Notes: generated by a model not told the origin, from the letters alone. DNA of 64,000 nucleotides from Candidatus Hydrogenedens sp. (GCA_049968235.1 JBMFRC010000010.1:39468-103467), one strand, 5' to 3'. Positions 49,946 to 60,336 are shown, counted from the first letter of the stretch. Program-made: numbers and translations.

Positions 49946-51154
49946 CTATTTCTCCTCCAACACCTGCACAGTCTGACCATCTTTAATAAAGGATTGTCCC
50001 ATACTTACAACTTTATCTCCTTCCTTTATCTCACCCTCAATGATTTCTATCCAGCCATCTGTCTCAAAACCTGTCTTTACAACCGTTTTTGCAGACTTTC
50101 CATCAATAATTTTATATAAATATTTTTCATTCCCTTGCGTGAGAATACATGGTTTAGGAACACCAATGTTTTCTCTTTGTTCTAATAATACCTCTATTTT
50201 AGCCATAACTCCTGGGACAACTTTTTCATCCATTTTACCCAGAATGGCTTTTATTTCAAATGTCCTTAAATTTGGTAATACCGTTGGACTCTTATAATTA
50301 ACTGAGAAAGTTCCCATTTTAGTATCCTGTAAATACAAATCTAATTGTGTTTCTTTTTCTTTTACATGTAAATAATATTCAGCAGGTAAAAATGCGGAGA
50401 CCTCTAATACTTCTGGATTATCTATCTTTACAACCGGTCTTCCTCCACCTATAAATTCATTCTGTTCAACAAATTTATAACTTACTTTACCCGAAATTGG
50501 TGCATATACTAATGAGTCTGAGAGATTTTTTTCTGCGATTTTGAGGGCATGTTCCGCTTTCTTTAGTTGTTCCTTTGCTAACTGACATACTGCTTCTGCA
50601 TGTTCTAAACCTGCTTTTGATGCTTTGTACCTTGTTTCTTGAAGTTCATAAGTATCTTTTGAAACAGCTTTTTTTTCTAAAAGACGCTGAAACCTTTCAT
50701 AGTCAATCTGTGCTTTATCAAACTGCGCCTTCATATTTGAAAAATTAGCATCCGCTTCACGAATAGCACACTTTGCAACATTCAGGTCCTGTTTAGCAAT
50801 TTCAACTGCTTGTTCAACTCTTATTTTGTCTATCTGAAACAAGGGCGTCTCATTGGCTACAACGGTATCACCTTCATCTACAAATAAATCTGTAAGCACA
50901 CCATCAATCCGAGCAGATACTACAACATGTTCCTTTGAATCTACAGTTCCCTGAACTCCAATTGTTTTAGTAAAAAGTTTCTTTTGAACAGTTTCAACCT
51001 TTACAGGAAATGCATCTTCTGGATTATTCTCTTTTTCGGCTAATACAATTTGTTTACCACAACTTATATTGCCTAAAAAAAGTAATAGGATAATAAATAA
51101 TTCATAAAATCCCTTCTTTTTAGTTTTTATCATCTTTAGACTTCTCCTTTTCAT
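49946..51154 (-). CDS. RND efflux periplasmic adaptor (membrane fusion protein, HlyD/AcrA family)
   Basis: Lipoyl/coiled-coil/beta-barrel pattern and size; directly upstream of the RND pump. Confidence 0.75.
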   Translation of the reverse strand: MKRRSLKMIKTKKKGFYELFIILLLFLGNISCGKQIVLAEKENNPEDAFPVKVETVQKKLFTKTIGVQGTVDSKEHVVVSARIDGVLTDLFVDEGDTVVANETPLFQIDKIRVEQAVEIAKQDLNVAKCAIREADANFSNMKAQFDKAQIDYERFQRLLEKKAVSKDTYELQETRYKASKAGLEHAEAVCQLAKEQLKKAEHALKIAEKNLSDSLVYAPISGKVSYKFVEQNEFIGGGRPVVKIDNPEVLEVSAFLPAEYYLHVKEKETQLDLYLQDTKMGTFSVNYKSPTVLPNLRTFEIKAILGKMDEKVVPGVMAKIEVLLEQRENIGVPKPCILTQGNEKYLYKIIDGKSAKTVVKTGFETDGWIEIIEGEIKEGDKVVSMGQSFIKDGQTVQVLEEK

Positions 51155-52583
51155 GATGACTATCTTTTTCGTTTTCGTTATAAATTAAACTTCCTGAATA
51201 TGTTTTTCCGGTTGAATTCCACAATACCGCAACTGCTATTTGTTCTTGAATTCTGGCGTTAATAAGATTTATTTCTGCAATACTTAATTCATTCTGGGCT
51301 GTTACAATATCTACTTCCGCAAGTAATCCTTCATTCCATTTATCATTTGCTTCTCTAAATTTCTCCTTATAATAGATATACGCCTGTTCTGCTAATTTAA
51401 GGTCTTCTTTTGCCTTTTCCCAATTGGCTTTTGCTCTAATTACTCCTGACATTAATGCTAATGAAGTATCTTCCCTTTCCAGAAATGCCTTTTCTCTCTT
51501 TTCCCTTGCTATCCGATATTGTTGTATATTTGCAAAGCCATTAAATAATGTTAATACACCTTGCAAACCGGATAACACAGACTGAGAATACATCGTATAA
51601 GAGTTGGACGTATACTGCCATTGTGAAAATCCACCTATTAAAGGCAAAAAATTAGTAATTGCAAGTCGTATTTCATCTTCACTAATTTCTACTTTACGGT
51701 CTTCTATTAAAACACGAGGATGATTTTTTAACGCGGTATAAATCAGTTCTTCTGTATTGTTTGCAGGGAGAGGTATGTCTACCTGTTTTGATAATTTGAT
51801 TTTTTGAAGAGGTGAAATCCCCAATACTGTATTAAATTGGGCTTTTACTGTTTCTATTTCTTGCTGACATTGTTTTAAATCTCGTTCTCTTGATTGTTTT
51901 AATAAATATACTTGTTCTTTTTGGGATTGGGTAATCATTCCTTCTTCATAAAAAGCATTTATTTGTTCTGTTAATTTATCAGCATTATCTAATTGCAATT
52001 GTAAACTATCTTTCATGTTTTCTAATGCTAATATCTGAAAATATAAAGCAGTTGTCTGAAGGGCTATCATCTGACAGGTGTAATCTTTTACAAGATTACT
52101 TATATTGACACCTTTATTTCTCAAGTCATATAAAAACCATGTAGCAGGAGCAAAAATGGGCATCTGTAATTGAACTGTATCCATTCGAATAGTTTGGTCC
52201 TGCATGGCTGTTGATAAAGGACCGAGATTAACCACGGGTTTACGATCGTAATTAACAACCTGAAATTCTGCATTGATTTGGGGTAAAAAATTGGAAAAAG
52301 ATATATTTTTTTCTAACTTTGCTATTTTTTGTTCTATCTCTGATATTTTTACTTGTGCATTATTCTGCAATGCTATTTGAATACACTCATCTAAGGTTAA
52401 TTCCTGCTCTGTCTTGACTTTTTCTGGTGTTTGTTCCTCTATTTTTTGATTAAATTTTGAAAGAGATTCATCGCGATATTGGTCTGGATTTATATGAACA
52501 CAGGATGTAAATATAATTGTCCAAAAAAGTAGTAGGGTTAATAAAAAAGTATACGTTTGTATGTATATTTTACTGAATTTCAT
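51120..52583 (-). CDS. TolC-family outer membrane efflux protein
   Basis: Two-repeat coiled-coil OEP pattern, signal peptide; overlaps the adaptor gene start by 35 nt. Confidence 0.7.
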   Translation of the reverse strand: MKFSKIYIQTYTFLLTLLLFWTIIFTSCVHINPDQYRDESLSKFNQKIEEQTPEKVKTEQELTLDECIQIALQNNAQVKISEIEQKIAKLEKNISFSNFLPQINAEFQVVNYDRKPVVNLGPLSTAMQDQTIRMDTVQLQMPIFAPATWFLYDLRNKGVNISNLVKDYTCQMIALQTTALYFQILALENMKDSLQLQLDNADKLTEQINAFYEEGMITQSQKEQVYLLKQSRERDLKQCQQEIETVKAQFNTVLGISPLQKIKLSKQVDIPLPANNTEELIYTALKNHPRVLIEDRKVEISEDEIRLAITNFLPLIGGFSQWQYTSNSYTMYSQSVLSGLQGVLTLFNGFANIQQYRIAREKREKAFLEREDTSLALMSGVIRAKANWEKAKEDLKLAEQAYIYYKEKFREANDKWNEGLLAEVDIVTAQNELSIAEINLINARIQEQIAVAVLWNSTGKTYSGSLIYNENEKDSHHEKEKSKDDKN

Positions 52584-52592
52584 ATATGTTAT

Positions 52593-53246
52593 TTATTCCT
52601 CTTTTAAGTCTAAACCTTTCAATATCAGACTGGTAATATGTTCTTGTAGTTGCAATAAGAATTCCTGTGTATATTTTTCCGCTATATCTAACGCTAATTT
52701 AATACCGGGTTCCGCAAAAACATAGAATGAAATTTCACCGAGAATAGAAAAAGCCCAGAACCTGCATTTTGCTAATGTTTTTGCTGAATTACATTTCTTT
52801 AAAACTTCAACTAAAGCATTTAATTCTGGAATAAATGTTTGGAATATAACATTTTCATATTTAGGAGGAGGTTCTATTAAACTTCTAAGAAGTAATCGTG
52901 AATACCATGCTGGATATTTATCAGAGAGATAATTTTGAACTCTTTCTTCAATCAATTTGCTGATTATTTCGATACACTTCTCTTTTGAAGAATAATTGAT
53001 ATTATTATCTTGCAATATTCTCTGTGCAAGTGGACAACGTACTTGCCACGCTACATATCGAAGAGTTTCAACATACAAGTTTTCTTTTGAGCCGAAGTAA
53101 TAATTAATAGCAGCAATATTAACATCTGACTTTTCTGCTATCTCACGAATAGAAACACCATCAATACCGGAATTAGCGAAAAGTTCTCCGGCTGTTTCAA
53201 TTAATTCAAGTCTTTTACCTGTCCATTCTTGATAATTTTCTAACAT
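52593..53246 (-). CDS. TetR/AcrR-family transcriptional regulator
   Basis: N-terminal HTH (FANSGIDGVSIREIAEKSDVNIAAINYYFGSKENL) is the TetR_N signature. Confidence 0.8.
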   Translation of the reverse strand: MLENYQEWTGKRLELIETAGELFANSGIDGVSIREIAEKSDVNIAAINYYFGSKENLYVETLRYVAWQVRCPLAQRILQDNNINYSSKEKCIEIISKLIEERVQNYLSDKYPAWYSRLLLRSLIEPPPKYENVIFQTFIPELNALVEVLKKCNSAKTLAKCRFWAFSILGEISFYVFAEPGIKLALDIAEKYTQEFLLQLQEHITSLILKGLDLKEE

Positions 53247-53299
53247 TTTTAGTAATTAATCCTATTTTAAAGATAAAATCATAACACAAACATTTGCTT

Positions 53300-53321
53300 A
53301 AATCAAACGATTGTTTGATTT
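53300..53321. promoter_or_regulatory. 9-4-9 perfect inverted repeat AAATCAAAC-GATT-GTTTGATTT, candidate TetR operator
   Basis: Lies ~55-75 nt upstream of the tetR start, at the head of the tetR-tolC-mfp-rnd operon. Confidence 0.35.
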
Positions 53322-53342
53322 TTGTTGTGAAAAGCAATTAGC

Positions 53343-53364
53343 CTAAACTAAAGTATTAGTTTAG
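53343..53364. promoter_or_regulatory. second 9-4-9 perfect inverted repeat CTAAACTAA-AGTA-TTAGTTTAG (operator and/or terminator hairpin of the upstream FadL-like gene)
   Basis: Same geometry as the neighbouring palindrome; overlaps the FadL-like stop codon; not followed by a U-run on the transcribed strand. Confidence 0.3.
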
Positions 53365-54577
53365 AAATGATGTGTATAACCTAAGACGAGAGAAAAACCA
53401 CCTGTACTAAGTTCTGTACCTTTTCCTAAATGAGATAGTAAATCACCTCTGCCTGTATCTTTCATTGTATTTTTTAAACCCAGCACTCCTGAAATACTTA
53501 TTTCGTCATTATCAGTTATTTTTCTTGCTATTCCTAATGTAATATGGTCCTCACATAATACAGGAACTAATCCCGCTAAGAATACGTGGTCTTCTGTAAT
53601 TGGAGAATTTCCATGACTGAAACCGCTCATAATCCTTGTCTTTTCGTTCATTCGATACTCTAAACCTATTTTTGTGCAAAATTGATTTACCCAATTAAAG
53701 CCACCATCTAATAAATTTCTACCATAGGCTGGAATCCCTTCCCAATTCAACCATTTGAAATCCAGAGTTAAGGTTAATTTATCTGTAAAATCATAAGCAA
53801 CACCTGCGTTTATTATTTGGGTTGGTCGAGAGGATATTTAAGTAAATCATTGTATTTATGGAATTTTTCGGTCCAATGACGAGATGTATATGTTGCTCCT
53901 AATGCGAATTTATTCCATCTCTTGTAAATACTTATATTAAATCCAGCGCCTAATGAATCATCCCATTCAAAATCACCTTTTGTTGGTAATAAATTTAATG
54001 TAATATGGTCAGATTTAAAGCGAGAAATAGAGCCATGAAGTCCTAAACCTAAAGCCCAATCGTTATCAAATTTGTATGCATAAGCAACTACAAGGCGGGC
54101 ATGCTGATAAAATAATCTACGGTCTGCATTAAATAGTCTTAATAATAAATTTCTTGAACTTTGGTAGTCTACACCTGTTCCACTTGGGACATATAAACCA
54201 AATCCCAGAGTACCTGTTTCCAGAGGTATAATCATACCGCCGGATGCAATATTAAATAACCCATCTCCATCTAAATCTTCCAGACGATTTCCTAGAATAC
54301 CCCGAGGTTGCATTTCTATATCCGTTTTTACTATATACCAGTTAATATCTAATCGTTTATCTAACTCGACCATACTTGCGGGATTCATATAACACCAATA
54401 TGCACTTCTTGGACTCGCTATTCCACTGGAGGCTCTACCTAGCTGGAAGGCATCATTCCCCAATACAAATACACCTTCATTTGCTGACAGGTTATTCATA
54501 ATAGTGAATAAAAAAGAGGCAATTACTACGATAACCATAGGTGAGAATTGAAAACATCTTTTTGATAACTTTAGCAT
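53361..54577 (-). pseudogene. FadL/TodX-family outer membrane transport protein split by a single-base frameshift at ~53813-53840
   Basis: N-terminal part (GRASSGIASPRSAYWCYMNPASMVEL) and C-terminal part ending ...GYTHHF are FadL-like. Frames join if one A is added to CCCAAATAA, giving ...DQPKIINAGVAYDFTDKL. Confidence 0.65.
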
Positions 54578-54773
54578 AACATACTACCTTTTATTGATAC
54601 TATTGATTTAATTGTTTATATTTAATTAACATATTTATTTTATTATATGTTATATATTGTTATTATTTATTACAAATTAGATTATACCATAATACAAATC
54701 TATAATATCAATAACATGAATAAATAATAGTGTTATTTTTATTATGAATAGGGAGGGCTGTTATCTATTACTA

Positions 54774-54893
54774 CTACCTTTTTTTAATTTCTTTTATTAA
54801 AATACTGAATAGAAACCAAAGAATTAAGAACCACCCCGCTACAGAACTTCCAATTAATATGGATATTAAGGTAATTCTTAATTCTTGTGTCAC
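54774..54893 (-). CDS. 39-aa single-TM membrane peptide, translationally coupled (GTGA overlap) to the upstream CBM/coiled-coil gene
   Basis: GTG start overlapping the upstream TGA stop, AAGGAAG SD 7 nt upstream; VTQELRITLISILIGSSVAGWFLILWFLFSILIKEIKKR (hydrophobic core, basic tail). Confidence 0.35.
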   Translation of the reverse strand: MTQELRITLISILIGSSVAGWFLILWFLFSILIKEIKKR

Positions 54894-55798
54894 TCTTGTT
54901 CTTCCTTAATAATTCGCCAGTTTTTTTTATGAGGAACTAAAATGGGAACTTTTTCTTCAATCACAGGAGGTTTTTTATTTTCTTTTTCTTCTATGGATAT
55001 ATCACTATTATCTAATGAATTATTCCTTATCCTCTCTAACTTTTCCCGGATTTTTTTATTCTCCTCTTCTAACATGTTGATTTTATTTTTTAACTGTATA
55101 TTCTCTTTTAACAATTCTTCTATTCGTTGTTCTATTTTTTTTAGATTATCTTCTAAGTTTTTATTTTCTTTTTCTTTTGTGGCGTTAATAGATTCTTCTT
55201 TTATTTCTTCATTGTTTTCTTCATCGTAATTTAATAATACATCATCAAACCATGCAGAACCTGTCCCTTCTATTGCGCAACGGATTACACAAAAATCTGC
55301 TTCTTCTGGTATTGTTGTTCTTATATTTAATTTTTTCCATTCATTTGTTCCTGACAAAGTTTCTGTTTTTTTCCCTTCAATAATCCGAGCAGGATTTTGT
55401 CTCCAAAACTGTAAAAGAAAATAGGCTTTATAAATATTGTCTGTTTTAATCCAACCTTCAAAATATACGTCTTTTCCTTTATAGGTATTAATGGGTATTC
55501 TCTGACTCCAATTATTTATTGGTTCTTTCTGATAATTGTTTGTGTTATTTAACAAAATTGATTTTCTGCCTGTAAGATATGTTGTTCTATCGATTTTTCC
55601 AAAAGAGCCATCCTGAGGCTGGACAAATAACGACCAGTGTAATAGGACAGATTTACTCTCTTCTTCAAATCCTGGATTTTTTATTAAATTTTCCGAATAA
55701 ATAATAATATTTATAATAAAGAAATAAAATAGGGATAAAAGTAATTTTTTACTTCTATTATTCCTCTGTCTCATTATTATTTTTCTATTAATGGACAC
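54890..55798 (-). CDS. secreted CBM4_9-like carbohydrate-binding-module protein with C-terminal coiled coil
   Basis: NPGFEE...W start typical of CBM_4_9; C-terminal KE-rich heptads; overlaps the pilT stop by 11 nt. Confidence 0.45.
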   Translation of the reverse strand: MSINRKIIMRQRNNRSKKLLLSLFYFFIINIIIYSENLIKNPGFEEESKSVLLHWSLFVQPQDGSFGKIDRTTYLTGRKSILLNNTNNYQKEPINNWSQRIPINTYKGKDVYFEGWIKTDNIYKAYFLLQFWRQNPARIIEGKKTETLSGTNEWKKLNIRTTIPEEADFCVIRCAIEGTGSAWFDDVLLNYDEENNEEIKEESINATKEKENKNLEDNLKKIEQRIEELLKENIQLKNKINMLEEENKKIREKLERIRNNSLDNSDISIEEKENKKPPVIEEKVPILVPHKKNWRIIKEEQE

Positions 55799-56903
55799 TT
55801 AAACCTTGCATTCTAAGTTTTAGGTCTTTAGGTGATGTAGCATAACTTAAAGCAGTTTCTGTTGAAATTCTTTTTTGAGACCATAAGTCAAACAAAGCCT
55901 GGTCGAATGTTTGCATACCATATTGGTCTTTCCCTTCCTGAATAAGGGACACTATATCACGGAAAGGTTTACCCTGTTCGATAAAGTCCCGAACGGCTCT
56001 TGTACCAATAAGTATTTCTGCGGCAACGCATCTCCCAATACCACTTGCCATAGGAACTATTCTTTGAGAAATGACACCTCGCAGGACACTTGCTAATTGT
56101 TTCCTGACAAATAAATGTTGATGGGGTTCAAAAAATTCTATGATACGATTTAGTGTTTCTACTGCGTCTACAGTGTGTAATGTAGATAAAACAAGATGTC
56201 CCGTTTCTGCGGATGACAAAGCAGTTCTTACTGTTTCTGTATCTCGCATTTCACCGATAAGTATTACATCAGGGTCCTGTCGAAGTGCTGCCCTTAAAGC
56301 ATTTGCGAAAGAAAGTGTATCGTGTCCTATTTCTCTCTGCGTTATAATACATTGCTTATCTCTGTGAACGAATTCCAGAGGGTCTTCAATTGTTATAACA
56401 TGGTCGGAACGTGTGTTGTTTATTTCATCTATCATTGCAGCAAGTGTGGTTGACTTACCACTTCCTGTAGGTCCTGTAATGAGTATTAAACCATTCTTTA
56501 ATTTGCATAACTTTTTTAATATAGTTGGCAAATTTAATTCATCTATTGTCAATACTTTTAATGGAATTAATCTCATGACGATGCGGATATGTCCGTCATC
56601 ACGACAAATATTTACACGGAAACGTGCTTTGTTTTCAAAATAAAAGGAGATATCTATTTCGAAAACCTTTTCATATTTACTAACATCTGTAGGAGATGCT
56701 AATTCATGAAGATATACTTTTAAATCTTCATCGGAAAGGATATGTTCCTCATCTATTCTTTTTAATACTCCATCAATCCTCAATATAGGTGGGTTGTTAT
56801 ACTTCAAGTGAATATCTGAGGCATTCTTTTGTATTGCCATTTCCATAAGTTCTTTTAACGGAATTGTCATCATTCCATCCTTGTATTTATAAAGTTTTAT
56901 CAT
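55788..56903 (-). CDS. pilT: type IV pilus retraction ATPase PilT family
   Basis: N-terminal ASDIHL; Walker A GPTGSGKSTT, Asp box, Walker B, His box; PilT-specific region; 371 aa. Confidence 0.8.
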   Translation of the reverse strand: MIKLYKYKDGMMTIPLKELMEMAIQKNASDIHLKYNNPPILRIDGVLKRIDEEHILSDEDLKVYLHELASPTDVSKYEKVFEIDISFYFENKARFRVNICRDDGHIRIVMRLIPLKVLTIDELNLPTILKKLCKLKNGLILITGPTGSGKSTTLAAMIDEINNTRSDHVITIEDPLEFVHRDKQCIITQREIGHDTLSFANALRAALRQDPDVILIGEMRDTETVRTALSSAETGHLVLSTLHTVDAVETLNRIIEFFEPHQHLFVRKQLASVLRGVISQRIVPMASGIGRCVAAEILIGTRAVRDFIEQGKPFRDIVSLIQEGKDQYGMQTFDQALFDLWSQKRISTETALSYATSPKDLKLRMQGLSVH

Positions 56904-56955
56904 TTTATTATAGAATATCTTACTACAAAATGTAATTTTCTTTCAGGAATTTTTT

Positions 56956-57690
56956 ATGTCTATCCGCATAATCCTACATTCGTTCTCTTCAGTAGAAGAA
57001 AATATATCTGCTGAGGAATTTCTTTTTCAACAGAAAAACCAGTGTAATGATGAAGATATTCTTCGTATCTGGGAAAGTGAGGTTTATTTTATTGTTTTAG
57101 GTAGTTCTCAATCTGTGGACGAAGAAGTCTTTTTAAACCATTGTCTTTCACAGGGCATAAAAATCATTCGTAGATGTAGTGCGGGTGGTGCAGTATTACA
57201 AGGTCCCGGTTGTATCAATTTCTCGCTTTTCTTAAATCTTGACAAATATCCACAGTTACGAAATATTCGTGCTTCATATGATTTTTTATTGTCTAAATTA
57301 AGTAGAGTTTTATATCAGGAGTGGCAATTGGAAACAACTATTGAGGGAATTAGTGATTTATGTTATATGGGCAAAAAAATTTCAGGTAATGCCCAAAGAC
57401 GGAATAGTAAAGTATTATTGCATCATGGAACATTATTATATCGTTTAGATTATAACTTATTAGAGAACACTTTAAAAATACCCAGAATACAACCTGAATA
57501 TAGAGCAGGACGAACACATAAAGATTTTGTGGGTATTTTGCCTCTTTCACGACAAGAACTCATAAATTGTATATTAAAAGCATTTGCATCAGATGGTTTC
57601 GATTCTACTTTTACAGATATAGAAATCGCAGGAATCAAACAACTTGTTCGCACTAAATATAGTAAAAAGGAATGGAACTTTAAGAGGTAG
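56956..57690 (+). CDS. lipoate/octanoate-protein ligase family catalytic-domain protein (LplA/LipM-like)
   Basis: KISGNAQRR is the LplA/LipB lipoyl-AMP binding Lys motif; BPL/LPL catalytic-domain length. Confidence 0.6.
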   Translation: MSIRIILHSFSSVEENISAEEFLFQQKNQCNDEDILRIWESEVYFIVLGSSQSVDEEVFLNHCLSQGIKIIRRCSAGGAVLQGPGCINFSLFLNLDKYPQLRNIRASYDFLLSKLSRVLYQEWQLETTIEGISDLCYMGKKISGNAQRRNSKVLLHHGTLLYRLDYNLLENTLKIPRIQPEYRAGRTHKDFVGILPLSRQELINCILKAFASDGFDSTFTDIEIAGIKQLVRTKYSKKEWNFKR

Positions 57691-57694
57691 TCAT

Positions 57695-58690
57695 CTAATT
57701 ATTGAGCGGAAGTGAGGGATTCGCTGTAAAAGAAAAATCGGCTGAATATCCATTCTTAAGTCGAAAATATCCTGCAGATGCAATCATGGCTCCGTTATCT
57801 AAACAATATTTGAACTCTGGTAAAAATACATCTACATCTAATTCTTCTTTCAATCTTTTTCGCAGAAGAGCATTGGCAGATACTCCCCCAGCAACAACTA
57901 ACCTTTTTAATCCGGTCTTTTTAAGTGCAATCTTTGTTTTTGTTAGCAGCACATCAATGGCACTCCATTGAAAACTGGCAGAAACATCGGCAATCCATTG
58001 TGGTGTCCTTTCTATTTCTGGGACATCTCTTACTTTATATAAAACAGCAGTTTTTAATCCACTATAACTAAATTCTAATGATTCCCTATCGGCAAGTCCT
58101 TGGGGAAAAGAATAATATCTAGAATTTCCGTTTTCTGCACTTTTTTGTATGGAAGGTCCTCCCGGATAAGGAAGTCCTAATATACGAGCAACTTTATCAA
58201 AACACTCTCCCACTGCATCATCCCGTGTATTTCCTATAATTTCATATTGATGTGGCATTTTACATTTAATTAATAATGTATGACCACCACTAACAACAAG
58301 AGACAAAAAAGGGTATTCAGGTTGATGTTCAAGTAGCATAGACGCAAAGATATGACCTTCAATATGATGAATAGGAATAATAGGTATCTTTCGACTCCAT
58401 GCGAATGCTTTTGCAAAATTAACCCCTACTAACAAAGAGCCCATAAGTCCAGGACCCTGGGTAACTGCTACTGCGTCCGGTTCATTGTTAGTTTCTTCCA
58501 ATACTTTTTTGACTAATCTTGATATGTGAATTAAATGTTGACGAGATGCAATTTCTGGAACAACCCCGCCAAAATCCGCATGAATCGGGACTTGACTTGC
58601 TAAATAATTTGTAATAACTTCCCGACCTTCTTTAACAATGGCAACACCTGTTTCGTCACACGATGACTCAATCCCCAAAACATATTTCAT
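57695..58690 (-). CDS. tsaD: tRNA N6-adenosine threonylcarbamoyltransferase TsaD
   Basis: N-terminal VLGIESSCDETGVAIV and HHIEGH metal-binding motif. Confidence 0.85.
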   Translation of the reverse strand: MKYVLGIESSCDETGVAIVKEGREVITNYLASQVPIHADFGGVVPEIASRQHLIHISRLVKKVLEETNNEPDAVAVTQGPGLMGSLLVGVNFAKAFAWSRKIPIIPIHHIEGHIFASMLLEHQPEYPFLSLVVSGGHTLLIKCKMPHQYEIIGNTRDDAVGECFDKVARILGLPYPGGPSIQKSAENGNSRYYSFPQGLADRESLEFSYSGLKTAVLYKVRDVPEIERTPQWIADVSASFQWSAIDVLLTKTKIALKKTGLKRLVVAGGVSANALLRKRLKEELDVDVFLPEFKYCLDNGAMIASAGYFRLKNGYSADFSFTANPSLPLNN

Positions 58691-60336
58691 TCAAACATCT
58701 CCGATACATGTACTAATTCAAATCCTTGTTCTTCCATTCTGGGAAGTTCTTCTTTCAGCACTTTTATTGTGAGGTCTCTGAAATGACCTATCCCGATGGC
58801 TTTCCCATTTTTTTTCGCTATTTTTTTTAGTATTTCCAGACTTTCTTTTATCTTGGCTGTGGTATATTCATGGTCTAAAAACATATCTCTTTTCAACGTA
58901 GGTATTCCCTCTGCTTCTGCTACTTGATAGGCTTTACTTCCACCCACAACTAAACTATCAACAAAAAACATTTTTTTTTCTTTAAGGACTTTCATAAATG
59001 ATTTTAGTGGCGCCTCTTTTAATGTAAAAACGCTTCCCGTGTGATTGTTGACACCTTTGGCTTCTGAAATTTGTTCCAATGCATTTTTTGTTTTTTCCTC
59101 AATTTCTTTTTCTGTCATATTAACAAGTAGTTCACACGGGAAAGACCCTTTTTTTACTCCTTGTTTGGTTTGCATGGGCATATGAAGCATTATTTCAAAA
59201 CCTTTTTCTTTGGCTTTTTTAGCCAACTCTTTTGTATATCTCGTATCTGGAAGTATTGATATATTTAATTTATTAGATAATTCCAATGCAGGGTCTTCTT
59301 CTGGGTTGCGAAAACCGCCATCATCTAATATAATTGCGATTTTTGGTTTCTGTGTGTCTTCATTATCTATGCTATCTTTTTTTTTATCATTTAATTCCTG
59401 CTCGTTTTCTACATTCGAATTCAGACTATAAACTATTACGGGTTCGAAATATTCCTCAATATATTTATTTACATCGTATTTGGTTGATAAAGAAGTTTTT
59501 ATTGTTGATGTCGTTTCGTCATTTAAACTGTCCGCAAACTTCTGGATACTAATTGTAAGTATATTTTTATTATTAATAAAAATATTGTGTTCCAGAATAT
59601 TTTTTTCTTTATCTATATTCGTTTTTATATCTGAATTCGGAAACTTTTCTGAAATCAGTCTTTTTATATCTGCCAAAAAAGCATCATCATTCATATCGTT
59701 AGAAATAAACAAAGTATAATTTTTATGAAACCACATGCTATTACCGTCAGAAACAGGTTCGGGAAGGCTTTCTACAAATTCTGTTGGGGATATATAACGG
59801 GTTAATAATAGACTCTTTACCAATGAATATAAATCACCATCTTCTTGTTTTGTTGTTTCTACATTGCTTTGTTCGTTCTTTATATTAATGTTTATTTTTG
59901 CAATCTGTATACCGTCAATTTGAAGTAAAAGTGTCCGCGTTGTCTCCAAATTACTATCACTTGTATCTATCCCGATACCCGATTCATAAATCTTTTTCTT
60001 TAATATTCTCACTGTTTTATCTAATAATTCATCGGAAGGAATGTAAATGTCATATTCACCATTTACGAACATGTGCTTTTTTTCAATTAGCTCTTTATAG
60101 CCCTTGAAATTGTTTTCTAAATTCATTTCCTTAATGATATTTTGTATAACTTCGTGATACTGTTTTGAAACACCTCGAACATCAATAATGCGATTATTTT
60201 GATAGTTCAAATATATAATCAATATAAGCAATGATAGAATTGAAAGTGTTAAAGCACATAAACTTATAATGATAAATGGATTTATAATATTTTTATCTTT
60301 TTCCATTTGTCGGGTTGAATCCGCGATAACAGACAT
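58687..60336 (-). CDS. membrane-anchored divergent polysaccharide deacetylase (YibQ-like) family protein
   Basis: N-terminal TM; C-terminal KIAIILDDGGF...MLHMPMQ...NNHTGS matches the YibQ/DUF610 pattern. Confidence 0.55.
   Translation of the reverse strand: MSVIADSTRQMEKDKNIINPFIIISLCALTLSILSLLILIIYLNYQNNRIIDVRGVSKQYHEVIQNIIKEMNLENNFKGYKELIEKKHMFVNGEYDIYIPSDELLDKTVRILKKKIYESGIGIDTSDSNLETTRTLLLQIDGIQIAKININIKNEQSNVETTKQEDGDLYSLVKSLLLTRYISPTEFVESLPEPVSDGNSMWFHKNYTLFISNDMNDDAFLADIKRLISEKFPNSDIKTNIDKEKNILEHNIFINNKNILTISIQKFADSLNDETTSTIKTSLSTKYDVNKYIEEYFEPVIVYSLNSNVENEQELNDKKKDSIDNEDTQKPKIAIILDDGGFRNPEEDPALELSNKLNISILPDTRYTKELAKKAKEKGFEIMLHMPMQTKQGVKKGSFPCELLVNMTEKEIEEKTKNALEQISEAKGVNNHTGSVFTLKEAPLKSFMKVLKEKKMFFVDSLVVGGSKAYQVAEAEGIPTLKRDMFLDHEYTTAKIKESLEILKKIAKKNGKAIGIGHFRDLTIKVLKEELPRMEEQGFELVHVSEMFE

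Noticed and set aside
54578-54773. ~200-bp A/T-rich intergenic region upstream of the FadL-like gene, with an 18-aa + strand ORF (MNREGCYLLLLPFFNFFY)
   Set aside because: No RBS and no conservation signal can be judged. It is most likely promoter/UP-element DNA for fadL. Only the GTGA-coupled 39-aa ORF next to it was retained.
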